DNA of 64,000 bases. Origin: Octopus vulgaris (taxonomy: Eukaryota). This document shows positions 1 to 12,839 of this stretch, in pieces (within the stretch, counting starts at the first letter, position 1; every line of letters begins with the position of its first letter). The stretch covers positions 4,650,001 to 4,714,000 of the forward strand of contig OX597841.1 of the NCBI GenBank assembly GCA_951406725.2, in the 5' to 3' direction. The notes under the pieces were generated by a model. The model was not told the DNA's origin, did no database searches, and saw nothing but the letters and a program-made list of their open reading frames with translations. Position numbers and translations under genes: made by a program.

Positions 1-32
1 CTTGGAAACTATATATATATTTATATATATAT

Positions 33-92
<60 letters not shown>

Positions 93-224
93 GGTTCCTT
101 TCCACCCTTATACATATATATATATATATATACATACCTTGGAAACTATATATATATATATATATATATTTGTATATGCACACATACACAAACATGTTGA
201 TAGCGTAAAAGTTACATACATACA

Positions 225-266
<42 letters not shown>

Positions 267-326
267 TATATAATGTAAAAGTTATACACACACACACATA
301 TATATACATACCTTGGAAACTATATA

Positions 327-357
<31 letters not shown>

Positions 358-1306
358 GCACACATACACAAACATGTTGATAGAGTAAAAGTTACATACA
401 TACAAACACAAACACACGCACACGCACATGCTGAGAGCGTAAAAGTTACATACACGCAAACACACGCACACACACACACACACATTTTCTTCTATTATTC
501 TTTTGCATGTTCCAATCATCTGACTGCGGCCATGCTGGAGCACCACCCTGAAAGGGTTTTAGTCGGAGAAATCGACCCCAGGATTTAATCTTTTTTTTTT
601 TTTTAAAACCTAGTAACTTATTCTATCGGTGTGTTTTGCCGAAGCGTTAAGCTACGAGGACGTAAACACACATATACATACATATAATATATATATATAT
701 ACATATATATACATATAATATATATATATATACATATAATATATATATATATATATACATATATATATACATATACTATATATATATACATACATATAAT
801 ATATATACATATACATATACATACATATAATATATATATATATATACATATACATACATATAATATATATATATATATCGGGAAGACTTCACATACACGA
901 TATACAGCTAATGTGGAGTTAACACAAATTTATATTTCAACGTGGAAGCTGCGTATATATATATATATATATATATACATACATACATACATACATACAT
1001 ACATACATACATACATCCATACATACATACATACATCCATACATACATACATACATACATACATACATACATACATACATACATACATCCATACATACAT
1101 ACATACATATATACATACATACATACATACATATATACATACATACATACATACATACATACATACATACATACATACATACACACATACATATATCCAC
1201 AGAGTGCTGTAGCTTACCAGCAGTTAACCTAGGTGGCGTGGAGGCTGCTCACTCTCGTAAACGCGCGCGCGCGCACACACAGTCACAGATTATAAATAAA
1301 CACACA

Positions 1307-1340
<34 letters not shown>

Positions 1341-2140
1341 GTGGAAGCAGTATTATTCATGTATTCGAGCGAGGACCACACATACCACACAGGAGCTAGG
1401 CATTCGTAGATTCATATATTGCGCCGAAGCGTCATACACACACACATACACACACACACACAACACACACACACATATACACACACATGCATATATACAT
1501 GCATTCGATCGGAGACCACACGTAAATACGCATACAGGATAGGAGCATACGCTCAAAATACACATATTACACACATGCACACACACTCGAGCACAGATAC
1601 GCACTGACGTATACACACATACACATACACACACATATATATATATACACACGCACACACACACATATACGCATTGACGTATACACATACGCACACACAC
1701 AGATACGCAGACGTATACACACACACATACACACACACACACACACACACATACACATTGACGTATACACACATACACATATACACACAAACACATATAC
1801 ACATTGACGTATACACATACGCACACACACAGATACGCAGACGTATACACACACACACACAAACACATACACATTGACGTATACACACACGCACACACAC
1901 ACAAACACATATACACATTGACGTATACACATACGCACACACACAGATACGCAGACGTATACACACACACATATACACTACGCGCACTTGCACACACGTG
2001 TACGTATTTATCACGGAAGTTCCACTCAGCATAAGATATATATATATAGAGAGAGAGAGAGAGTGTGTGAGTAAGTGAGTGTGAGTGAGAGTGAGAGTGA
2101 AAGTGAGCGAGGTGAGTGAGCGAGTCAGCGAGTAAGCGCA

Positions 2141-2516
2141 ATGATGAACGGAGGTGTCCGCGAGCTGATGGTGTTGGACTTGTACGCGGGGAGTCGTTCA
2201 TGCCGGCTTTCCTACACGGACGAAGCCGTCCAATGGAGTTACGACGGGACGCCACCGCCAGCACCGCCGACGACGGCAGGGGCAACCCAGAAAGGGTCCA
2301 CCACGGCCGCAAACCATCGTCAACAACAACCACAACAAAAACAACAACACAAACCACCACCTAAACAGGAGCAATTTCACGAGCGCTACCGTCAGCTCAA
2401 TACGAACGGCGCGCCGCCGCCGCCGCCACCACCGCCGCCACCATCGCCGCCGCCGCCGCTACCACCCAAACCGACTAAAAGGAACAAGGGTGTGGACGAT
2501 TCTGAGGACTGTGGAG
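2141..2516 (+). CDS. Probable first coding exon of a ceramide kinase / CERKL-like gene (start of PH-like domain followed by a Gln/Pro-rich insertion)
   Basis: GC/CpG-rich, non-repetitive [36 protein letters not shown]..., ending at a strong donor GAG|gtaagg (2516/2517, phase 1) followed by a T-rich intron. [22 protein letters not shown] resembles the CERKL N-terminal segment ([21 protein letters not shown]) from memory; family call not searched. Confidence 0.55.
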
Positions 2517-2605
2517 GTAAGGGGCCTTTGCATTTTCTTGTATTTTTTTTCTTATATTTTTTTTCTATATTGTTTTTGTTTCTGCTCCTCACACATCACA
2601 CACAC

Positions 2606-2691
<86 letters not shown>

Positions 2692-2708
2692 TTATCTATC
2701 TCTCTATG

Positions 2709-2798
<90 letters not shown>

Positions 2799-2881
2799 TG
2801 TCTGTGTGCATGTTTGCGTGTCTGTCTGTGTGTACAAACACAAACATATATGTGTGTATGTATACATGCACATATATATAC

Positions 2882-3013
<132 letters not shown>

Positions 3014-3098
3014 ATACATGTATATACATATATATATATATATAACTCGTATATATATACATATATATATATATATATAACTCGCTCTGAGATTTACC

Positions 3099-3140
<42 letters not shown>

Positions 3141-3199
3141 CATACATACATACATACATATATGTGTGTGTGTGTCTGGGTGCGCGTATGCGTGTGCTT

Positions 3200-3263
3200 T
3201 AGAGTCTGACGAGTTGTCCATGGGGCTAAGATCCTTATGGATGCGAAACCGTTGGTCACTCTA
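3200..3263 (+). ncRNA. Type I hammerhead ribozyme
   Basis: tagagt-CTGACGA-stem II(tccatgggg/ccttatgga)-GAA-ACCgttGGT-C-actcta: perfect 6-bp stem I, GUC site at 3255-3257. Confidence 0.8.
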
Positions 3264-3382
3264 TGGCCGGGCATATATTTAACCGCTTATAAATGAAATT
3301 CCGCCCTATGTTTAAGATTACGCTTCATTTTCGGATATATAATACACCGACGATCGATATATATATATATGCATATATATAT

Positions 3383-3548
3383 AGGCGCAGGAGTGGCTGT
3401 GTGGTAAGTAGCTTGTTTACCAACCACATGGTTCCGAGTTCAGTCCCACTGCGTGGCAACTTGGGCAAGTGTCTTCTACTATAGCCTCGGGCCGACCAAA
3501 GCCTTGTGAGTGGATTTGGTAGACGGAAACTGAAAGAAGCCCGTCGTG

Positions 3549-3590
<42 letters not shown>

Positions 3591-3802
3591 TGTGTGTGTT
3601 TGTGTGTCTGTGTTTGTCCCCCTAGCATTGCTTGACAACCGATGCTGGTGTGTTTATGTCCCCGTTACTTAGCGGTTCGGCAAAAGAGACCGATAGAATA
3701 AGTACTGGGCTTACAAAAAGAATAAGTACCAGGGTCGAGTTGCTCGATTAAAGGCGGTGCTCCATCATGGCCGCAGTCAAATGACTGAAACAAGTAAAAG
3801 AT
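3383..3802 (+). mobile_element. SINE family A (tRNA-derived, CORE-like body, internal TA/TG microsatellite); representative full copy
   Basis: ggcgcaggagTGGCTGTGTGG (A box)...GTTCAGTCCC (B box)...ttgggcaagt...; 3' stem-loop cagtc-aaat-gactg and aaaagag tail. Roughly 30 full or partial copies in the window. Confidence 0.92.
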
Positions 3803-3836
3803 ATATACATATATATACATATATATATATATATAC

Positions 3837-3939
<103 letters not shown>

Positions 3940-4023
3940 GGAATTAACGGCGGTGCATCAGCATGGCCGCAGCTCTGAGCTGAAACTAGAAAAAAAAAAA
4001 TATATATATATATATACATATAC

Positions 4024-4269
4024 ATCGTAAAATTTGATTGCCAACTAAATGTGGTAGTCCCGTAGAGGACGATGCTACAGTTGTTTTTAACCCTAGGAGG
4101 ACACCTCCTGCAGCTGGTTAACGACACACTGTGTCCGATTAGCATTTTAGTATTTTCCGAAATTGGACTCAGACAGCGTGTCCTTAGCCAGCTGCAGGAG
4201 ATGTCTTCCTGGGGCTAAAAACAACAATTGCAGCGTCCTCTATGGGACCGCCACATTATATTTTACGAT
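4024..4269. mobile_element. Fold-back MITE-like element
   Basis: Ends atcgtaaaat / attttacgat plus ~85-bp imperfect inverted arms (aatgtggtagtcccgtagaggacg...cctgcagctgg vs ccagctgcagg...cgtcctctatgggaccgccacatt). Confidence 0.75.
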
Positions 4270-4385
4270 TCCGTACTGCCACTGTTTACATCCCGCGCAG
4301 AGATTTAATATTGTAGGCGTGTGTGGGTGTGTGTGTTTGTATGCGTGTGTATGTTTGTGTGTGTGTGTTTGTATGTGTGTATTTG

Positions 4386-4416
<31 letters not shown>

Positions 4417-4581
4417 TTGTATGTGTGTGTGTGTGTTTGTGTGTACGTGTGTGTTTGTATGTGTGTGTGTGTGTTTGTGTGTACGTGTGTGTTTGTATGT
4501 GTGTGTGTGTTTGTGTGTATGTGTGTGTTTGTATGTGTGTGTTTGTATGTGTGTGTGTGTGTGTGTGTGTATGTGTGTGTT

Positions 4582-4619
<38 letters not shown>

Positions 4620-4937
4620 TATATGTGTGTGTGTGTGTTTGTATGTGTTTGTGTGTTTGTGTGTGTGTGTGTTTGTATGTGTGTGTGTGTGTTTGTATGT
4701 GTGTGTGTGCGTGTGTTTGTATGTGTTTGTGTGTGTGCGTGTATGAGGTATGTATATGTGTGTATATGTGTGATATATATATATATTATTATATATATAT
4801 ATATCAGCCGAAATTACGAAGATGATCTGGTTCTTGACTGATGACTGAGGGCTTCGAATGTCCCGTCCTGTGGGTCTTGTGTCGTCTCCTAGGTGTTTCA
4901 CGTTCTTGTCCCAGTTTGTATATATTTTTTACTTTTT

Positions 4938-4994
<57 letters not shown>

Positions 4995-5482
4995 TGCATA
5001 TATGATATTTTTCTTTGAGTTTAATTCAAGTTCTTAAGACAGTTCAGGTCGGTCGCTGACTAACAAAGCAACAACACTTTTTGAATAACGAAAGTTCCCG
5101 GTATTTGTAAATATGCGGTTGAATGGTCTATACTTACAACACTCAAGTGTGTGTGTGTGTGTGTGTGCGTGTATGTGTGTGTGTGTTTGTGCGTATGTGT
5201 GTGTATGTGCGCGTGTGTTTGTGTGTGTGTGTGTTTGTGTTTGTGTGAGTGTGTTTCTGTGTGTATGTGCTGTGTGTATGTGTTTGTTTGTGTGTGTGTT
5301 TTTTGTATGTGTGTGTGTATTTGTGTGTGTCTGTATGTGTGTGCGTATGTGTGTGTGTTTGTGCGTATGTGTGTATGTGCGTGTGTGTTTGTGTGTGTGT
5401 GTGTTTGTGTATGTGTGTTTGTATGTGTATGTGTGTTTGTGTGTTTGTGTGTGTCTGTGTGTGTGTTTGTGTGTGTGTGTTT

Positions 5483-5532
<50 letters not shown>

Positions 5533-5577
5533 ATGCGTGTGTGTGTGTGTGCATCTATTCACAGAAAAATCTGCCAT

Positions 5578-5743
5578 TGAGAATTTATGGAATGTATGCC
5601 AACAAATCTTACTCTGTGTCTCTAATAGATTGGGTTCGAAGAATCCACGTCAATTTCTTTTGTTTTCTTCTTGAAATCGAGATTTCCATGATTTTATGCA
5701 AATTTGCTTGTATGTAACCTAATGCACCTATGACGATAGGTAG
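5578..5743 (-). pseudogene. Remnant C-terminus of a restriction-like-endonuclease non-LTR retrotransposon (R4/Dong-like)
   Basis: LPIVIGALGYIQANLHKIM...ILRTQSI then, after a frameshift, KICWHTFHKF; PIVIGALG is the typical post-RLE motif. Confidence 0.6.
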
Positions 5744-5779
5744 ACTGCATCCCTGTCTGTCTGTATGTAGACATATATC

Positions 5780-6240
5780 TATGTATGTATGTATGTATGT
5801 ACGTATGTATGTATGTATGTATGTATGTATGTATGTATGTATGTATGTATGTATGTATGTATGTATGTATGTATGTATGTTTGTATGTATGTATGTATGT
5901 ATGTATGTTTGTATGTATGTATGTATGTATGTATGTATGTATGTATGTATGTATGTTTGTATGTATGTATGTATGTATGTTTGTATGTATGTATGTATGT
6001 TTGTATGTATGTATGTATGTATGTATGTATGTATGTTGTATGTATGTTTGTATGTATGTATGTTTGTATGTATGTATGTATGTATGTATGTTTGTATGTA
6101 TGTATGTATGTATGTATGTATGTTTGTATGTATGTATGTATGTATGTATGTATGTATGTGTGTATGTATGTATGTATGTATGTATGTATGTATGTATGTA
6201 TGTGTGTGTGTATGTATGTATGTATGTATGTATGTATGTA

Positions 6241-6271
<31 letters not shown>

Positions 6272-6360
6272 ATGTATGTATGTGTGTGTGTATGTATGTA
6301 TGTATGTATGCATGTATGTTTGTATGTATGTATGTATGTATGTATGTATGTATGTATATA
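5780..6360 (+). repeat. (TATG)n microsatellite; similar long tracts at 28270-28925 and 56267-56580; (TG)n-like at 4320-4745, 5147-5550, 53590-54200; (TA)n throughout
   Basis: Direct. Confidence 0.95.
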
Positions 6361-6404
6361 TGCATACAGGTTGTATGAACGTATATGTATGTATATATAT
6401 ATAT

Positions 6405-6618
6405 GAGCTGGCAGAAACGTTTGCACGCTGGGCGAAATGCGTAGCTGTATTTCGTCTGTCGATACGTTCCGAGTTCAAATTCCGCCGAGGTCGACTTTGC
6501 CTTTCATCCTTTCGGGGTCGATAAATTAAGTACCAGTTACGCACTGGAATCGATGTAATCGATTTAATCCGTTCGCTTATCCTCTCCGTGTTTTGTCCCT
6601 TGTGGGTGGTAAAGAAAT
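6405..6618 (+). mobile_element. SINE family B monomer (tRNA-like head + 184-bp body with gcctttcatcctttcggggtcgataaa core)
   Basis: gagctggcagaaacg...cgaaatgc-loop-gtatttcg...GAGTTCAAATTC (B box)...aaagaaata. Other monomers: 25464-25697 (-, TSD gccttctctcattaa), 30961-31220, 36206-36437 (-). Confidence 0.88.
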
Positions 6619-7002
6619 ATATATATATATATATGTATAGGCGCAGGAGTGGCTGTGTGGTAAGTAGCTTGCTTACCAACCACATTGTTCCGTGTTCAGT
6701 CCCACTGCGTGGCACATTGGGCAAGTGTCGTCTACTATAGGAGTGTGTGTATATGTTTGTGTGTCTGTGTTTGTTCCCTTAACATCGCTTGACAACTGAT
6801 GCTGGTGTAACTTAGCGGTTCGGCAAAACAGACCGATAGAACAAGTACTAGGCTTACAAAGAATATGTCTTGGGGTCGATTTGCTCGACTAAAGGCGTTG
6901 CTCCAGCATGGCAACAGTCAAAAGACTGAGACAGGTAAAAGAGTATATATATATATACATATATATATAGAGAGAGAGATATAGATATATAATAACAAAT
7001 TA

Positions 7003-7245
7003 ATAAATAAAACATATGCATATATACATACATATATGTACGTACCTACCTCTACATGTATATATACATGCATATATGGGTACAGGACACCAAAAAGAAA
7101 CGTCGAACACAATGGGAAACGAAAACATAAACACGAAACCAAGGAACTGGACATTTCTCTTAAACAACAAAAAAAACAAGAGTACAGGACATACAACACA
7201 AGGAACATTCCCCTTCTTCAGCCGCCTCTGTTTCATCAAGACGTC
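7003..7245 (-). mobile_element. Dispersed retroelement 3'-end fragment (also 12440-12575 and, reversed, 54990-55120)
   Basis: Shared block aataaataaaacatatgcat...cctacctctacatg...gggtacaggaca...aaacgtcgaacacaatg in three places; family unassigned. Confidence 0.55.
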
Positions 7246-7404
7246 AAAAAGCTTGCTTCCCAACCACGTTGTCGCAGGTTCAGTCCCACTGCAGGTTTCG
7301 AGGGCCCTAACAGAGCCTTTCCCGTCAGGCTGGTAATAATCCGAATCAAACTGCAGTAAATGTATTGAGTGACCTTTCTTTCGTTTGACCACACGCTCAC
7401 ATAT

Positions 7405-7456
<52 letters not shown>

Positions 7457-7803
7457 ATGTGTGTGTGTGTGTGTGTGTATGTATTTATGTGTTTCTTTCT
7501 ATCTGTGTTTGTCTACACCACCCACCCCACCCCCGCGCCCAAACCACCACCATCACAGTCTTCTGACACCCGATGCTGGTGTGTTTACGTCCCCCATATA
7601 ACTTTAGCGGTTTGGCAAAAGAGACCGACATAAAAGTACTAAGCTCACGAAGTTAAGTCTTGGTGGGGTCGATGCCTTTCAAGGCGGTGCTTCAGCATGG
7701 CCACAGCCAAATGACTGAAGCAAGCCAAAGAATAAAAGCATGACAGAATAACCACAACTCTAAACAATTGATATACTGTAATCAGAAATGAACAAACAAC
7801 AAC

Positions 7804-7871
<68 letters not shown>

Positions 7872-7899
7872 TAATAATAATAATAATAATAATAATAAT

Positions 7900-8063
7900 G
7901 CGCAGGAGTGGCTGTGTGGTAAGTAGCTTGCTTACCAACCACATGGTTCCGGGTTCAGTCCCACTGCGTGGTACCTTGGGCAAGTGTCTTCTACTATAGC
8001 CTCGGACCGACCAAAGCCTTGTGAGTGGATTTGGTAGACGGAAACTGAAAGATGCCCGTCGTA

Positions 8064-8129
<66 letters not shown>

Positions 8130-8358
8130 TGTGTGTGTTTGTGTGTCTGTATTTGTCCCCCTAGCATTGCTTGACAAACGATGCTGGTGTGTTTATGTCC
8201 CCGTCACTTAGCGGTTCGGCAAAAGAGAGACCGATAGAATAAGTACTGGGCTTACAAAAGAATAAGTCCCGGGGTCGAGTTGCTCGATTAAAGGCGGTGC
8301 TCCAGCATGGCCGCAGTCAAATGACTGAAACGAGTAAAAGAGAGAAAAGAGTAAAGAG
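7900..8358 (+). mobile_element. SINE family A
   Basis: Near-identical to 3383-3802. Nearby copies or fragments at 485-670 (-), 6639-6945, 7560-7740, 8712-8880. Confidence 0.9.
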
Positions 8359-8391
8359 TAATAATAATAATACATTGACAAATTTGAAGCA

Positions 8392-8680
8392 CTAGGGAGT
8401 GTCCGCCCAGATATGGAAGGATAATAATGAGGGCTGTGTATACGCTTTTAGAGATAAGTCACAAAGCACTCTATTGATTAAGCCCTTCTTTCCCAAGTTG
8501 GCCAAAATCATTTGACTAAATCGTTTTTCCCATAGTTGCCGAGCCCTTCCGAGTGGCCTTTTGTGATCTCCTGGATTACCATTCGGCAACTACGCAGATC
8601 CGTTATTGTCTGTGCATCTTATCGACAAGGTCGACCTAGGGCTACTTGTATTTTTTCGAGATTCTGCAATAACATCGTTC
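8392..8680 (-). pseudogene. Possible degraded RLE-type LINE C-terminus
   Basis: AESRK...LANLGKKGLINRVLCDLSLKAY...SFHIW resembles the terminal S-x-x-I-W helix of RLE retrotransposons; heavily decayed. Confidence 0.35.
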
Positions 8681-8906
8681 ACTCCACTCTAGTGGCACTC
8701 TAGTGGCTTATAGGCGCAGGAGTGGCTGTGTGGTAGGTAGCTTGCTTCCCAGCCACATGGTTCCGGGTTCAGTCCCACTGCGTGGCAACTTGGGCAAGTG
8801 TCATCTACTGTAGCCTCGGGCCAACCAAAGCCTTGTGAGTGGATTTGGTAGACGGAAACTGAAAGAAGCCTGCCGTATATATGTCTGTGTGTGTGTTGTG
8901 TGTGTG

Positions 8907-8958
<52 letters not shown>

Positions 8959-9047
8959 ATCCAAGCAAGAAAACACAGAAAAAAAACACAGCAACGCGAG
9001 GACGTGGAACAATTAAAGTATTATTGGACGCTCAGGAAATAAGGAAG

Positions 9048-9092
<45 letters not shown>

Positions 9093-9127
9093 ATAAATAT
9101 TTGGTACCAAGAGGTATACGTTGATTG

Positions 9128-9183
<56 letters not shown>

Positions 9184-9559
9184 GTATAATAGATATTTGG
9201 GACCAAGATGTATACGTTGATTGGTGTTTTAAGTGTTGAGTAGGGCACCGGCACAGTTTAGGCTACCTAGTGTCATCCGCGGCCATGGGCACACTTCTGT
9301 TGGATCTACTTCAGTACCTCCGCAGTGTCAGTTAGGGTAATTACATTAATTATGTAACGAGAGGGTGGATTTGGTATTAAACTTTATTCTGTACAACTTT
9401 CCTTTCGACCTTTTCTGCTATAGGGCTTTGTGTATGGGACTCCATTCAACAGGTTGTGTTGCATCGATTTTGCAGTCTGGGTCTCATTGTGTGCATTGAT
9501 ACAGTTGTGTCTCACTGAAGATCTTGTGTGTCGGCTGCCATAACGTTATATAACCTTCT

Positions 9560-10182
9560 GGAGGTACATGGTCTAGTGGACAGAGCAGCGGACTCGCGGT
9601 CGAGGGATCGCGGGTTCGAATCTCAGACCGGGCGATGTGTCTGTTTATGAGCGAAACACCTAAGCTCCACGCCGCTCTGGCAGAAGGTAATGGCCAACTT
9701 CTGCTGACTCTTTTGCCACAACTTTCTCTCACTCTTTCCTCCTGCATCTTGCAGCTCACCTGCGAGGGACCAGCGTCCCTTCCTTGTGGGGAACCTATAC
9801 GCCAAGGAAACCGGGAAACCGGCCATTATGAGCCAGGCATGGCTCGAGAAGGAACAAGAAAAAACATACATACAAAATGAATACAGATTACATATATGGC
9901 CTAGTGGTTAGAGCAGCGGACTCGCGGTCGAGATATCGCGGGTTCGAATCTCAGACCGGGCGATGTGTCTGTTTACGAAACACCTAAGCTCCACGCCGCT
10001 CTGGCAGAAGGTAATGGCCAACTTCTGCTGACTCTTTCGCCACAACTTTCTCTCACTCTTTCCTCCTGCGTCTTCCAGCTCACCTGCGAGTGACCGGCGT
10101 CCCGTCCAGGTGGGGAACATATATGCTAAGGAAACCGGGAAACCGGCCCTATGAGCCAGGCATGACTCGAGAATGAACAAAC
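9560..10182 (+). mobile_element. Two tandem tRNA(Arg)-like SINEs (family C; 9560-9865, 9895-10182)
   Basis: tggYctagtgg (A box), ggactcgcggt (TCG at the anticodon position), ggttcgaatct (B box), tail gaaaccgggaaaccggcc..atgagcc..ggctcg. Confidence 0.85.
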
Positions 10183-10342
10183 ATATGACCGTCTAGTTAG
10201 GGAATGAATAAAATGCAGACAATACATACATATATATATATATAAATATATATATGTGGTGGAGTATGTGTGTGCGTAAGTATGTACATATACGTATGTA
10301 TATATGCATGTATATATTATTTATATTATTACATATATATAT

Positions 10343-10670
10343 GCTGAGTACCCTTCGGTCATGACTAACCATGGGATTGCACCTAGAAAGTTACCCTCCT
10401 AGGCACAAGTCCACGCAAGGTTGTTTATGAAAGACCAGCAGTCGCCCATGCATACCAGCCTCCCCTCTCCACGCCACCAGTGTTATCCAAGGGAAAGGCA
10501 AAAGGGCCGATACAGCTTGGCACCCGTGACGTCGCAACTCATTTCTACAGCTGAGTGAACTGGAGCAACGTGAAATAAAGTGTCTTGCTCAAGAACACAA
10601 TACGCAGCCCGGTCCGGGAATCAAACTCACAACCTCACGATCGTAAGCTCGACGCTCTAACCACTGAGCC
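10343..10670 (-). mobile_element. tRNA-derived SINE with CORE/V-like body (family D, tail Z)
   Basis: Minus strand ggctcagtggttagagc...gtttgattccc...tgtgttcttgagcaagacactttatttcacgttgctccag. Confidence 0.82.
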
Positions 10671-10704
<34 letters not shown>

Positions 10705-10752
10705 ATACGTATATCGATATGTATGTATGTATGTTGTATGTATGTATGTATG

Positions 10753-10783
<31 letters not shown>

Positions 10784-10816
10784 GCATATGTATATATCCA
10801 TATACATTTATGTATG

Positions 10817-10899
<83 letters not shown>

Positions 10900-11046
10900 T
10901 AATATATATGTTTGTATATGTATATACATGCATACAAATGTATATGTATATACATGCGCACATGCATACAAACACACATATATACAGATATATGTATACA
11001 TATATACATATATTTATCTATCTATATATCTATACATGGCTATATA

Positions 11047-11081
<35 letters not shown>

Positions 11082-11084
11082 TAT

Positions 11085-11146
<62 letters not shown>

Positions 11147-11343
11147 ATTTTTTACATGTTTATTTTGTCTCTGTGTGTGGTTTTAGAGTCAAGTTTTGGT
11201 TACTCTTTCCAGCGTGGTGGTATCTCTTAGATACCCTAAATTATAATTTTAATAATAATTATTACCTTTGAAGGTTTTTATTCCCATGCTGGCCACCTGA
11301 TAAGATCGGTATTTAAATAACGATCTTATCCTTATTTATATAA

Positions 11344-11410
<67 letters not shown>

Positions 11411-11419
11411 TAAACATAA

Positions 11420-11473
<54 letters not shown>

Positions 11474-11545
11474 CCGCTATGGGCTCCGTGTGAGCAATCA
11501 TCTGAAAGTTTTTTGTGCATTTTGATGTTGACATAAGTTCCTTGC

Positions 11546-11628
11546 TTTTCCTGATGAGAAAGCGGCATAATGTACTCCTTATTCCTTCGTAATTAGGAAT
11601 ATGCAGCCTTCGAAACATATGTCGAAAA
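11546..11628 (+). ncRNA. Type I hammerhead ribozyme with long stem II and palindromic stem III
   Basis: ttttc-CTGATGA-gaaagc.gcata...tatgc.gccttc-GAA-ACATATGT-C-gaaaa; GUC at 11621-11623. Confidence 0.85.
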
Positions 11629-11831
11629 TAAAGGAATTTTGTTAATTCGTCGTTCAGCTCCATTCTTTCATATATATATATTTTTAAAATAAACATACAA
11701 ATTTCCACACGAAAGCACGTAATCTATGCCCTAGGCACGTAACTTCAACCGTGTTTTTTTCTGATGTGAATTTGCTACCCAGGTATCGGTTAATTCGAAT
11801 TATCCTTAATAAGATAATTCATTCAACTACT

Positions 11832-11938
<107 letters not shown>

Positions 11939-11943
11939 GAAGG

Positions 11944-11994
11944 AGCTTCTACAGGACTAGAACTGTTTCATTCAAGAGAAATCTTCAGGAAGCT
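11944..11994 (-). ncRNA. Hammerhead-like motif in the left arm of inverted repeat 11931-12072 (mirror copy on + strand)
   Basis: Minus strand: agcttc-CTGAAGA-t(ttc tctt gaa)t-GAA-ACAG ttctagtc CTGT-A-gaagct. A 3' fragment of the same family is at ~60810-60852. Confidence 0.65.
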
Positions 11995-12839
11995 AGTTAA
12001 CAAGAAGCTAGTTCCTGAAGATTTCTCTTGAATGAAACAGTTCTAGTCCTGTAGAAGCTCCTTCTATATAATAAATTAATTTTACTCTGCTATGTATTGA
12101 GTACCTTATTTACTGTGGTTAACCCCGAATCAACCCGGGACCTACATATATATATATATATATATATATAGTTTTAATGGGAGCGGCTTCGAAATTACGT
12201 CAATTTTGATACTAGTTTGAGCGAGGTTACATACCCAGTGAATCTGCCTTTACTGTAAATAGATTCAATAAAATAAACTTTATATTGAAATTGGATTTTT
12301 TTGTTATGTTAATATTCGACCATGTGTATGTACGTGTAGGTGTGTGCGTGTAGGTGTGTGCGTGTAGGTGTGTGCGTGTGGGCGTGCAAATGCGTGTGTA
12401 TGTATATAGTATGAAAGTATATATGTAAGTGTATATAATAAATTAATAAATAAAACATATGCATATATACATACATATATGTACGAACCTACCTCTACAT
12501 GTATATATATACATGCATATATGGGTACAGGACAACAAAAAAACGTCGAACACAATGAGAAACGAAAACAAACACAAATGTACGTAAATGTACATGTAAA
12601 TGTACGTATTTACGTGTGTGTATACTTATCTACACACCCTTACATAAATACACATATATACATACACACACAAACACACACATACACACACACACGTATA
12701 TATACATGTGCTTATAATGTGTGTATATATAAGTATGTATAAGTATGTGTTTATTTATGTGAATGTGTGCTTGCACATCATATGTGTGTATTAATTAGTG
12801 TATTTGTATGTGGTATATATATATACATACATATATATA

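Noticed and set aside
4835-4870. CTGATGA motifs at ~4838, ~14830 and ~63983 as hammerheads
   Set aside because: No correctly placed stem II/GAAA/stem I; the last is cut off by the window end.
9560-9630. Functional tRNA-Arg genes (also 9895 and 16215-16285)
   Set aside because: Acceptor stem is not formed and the heads run into SINE bodies.
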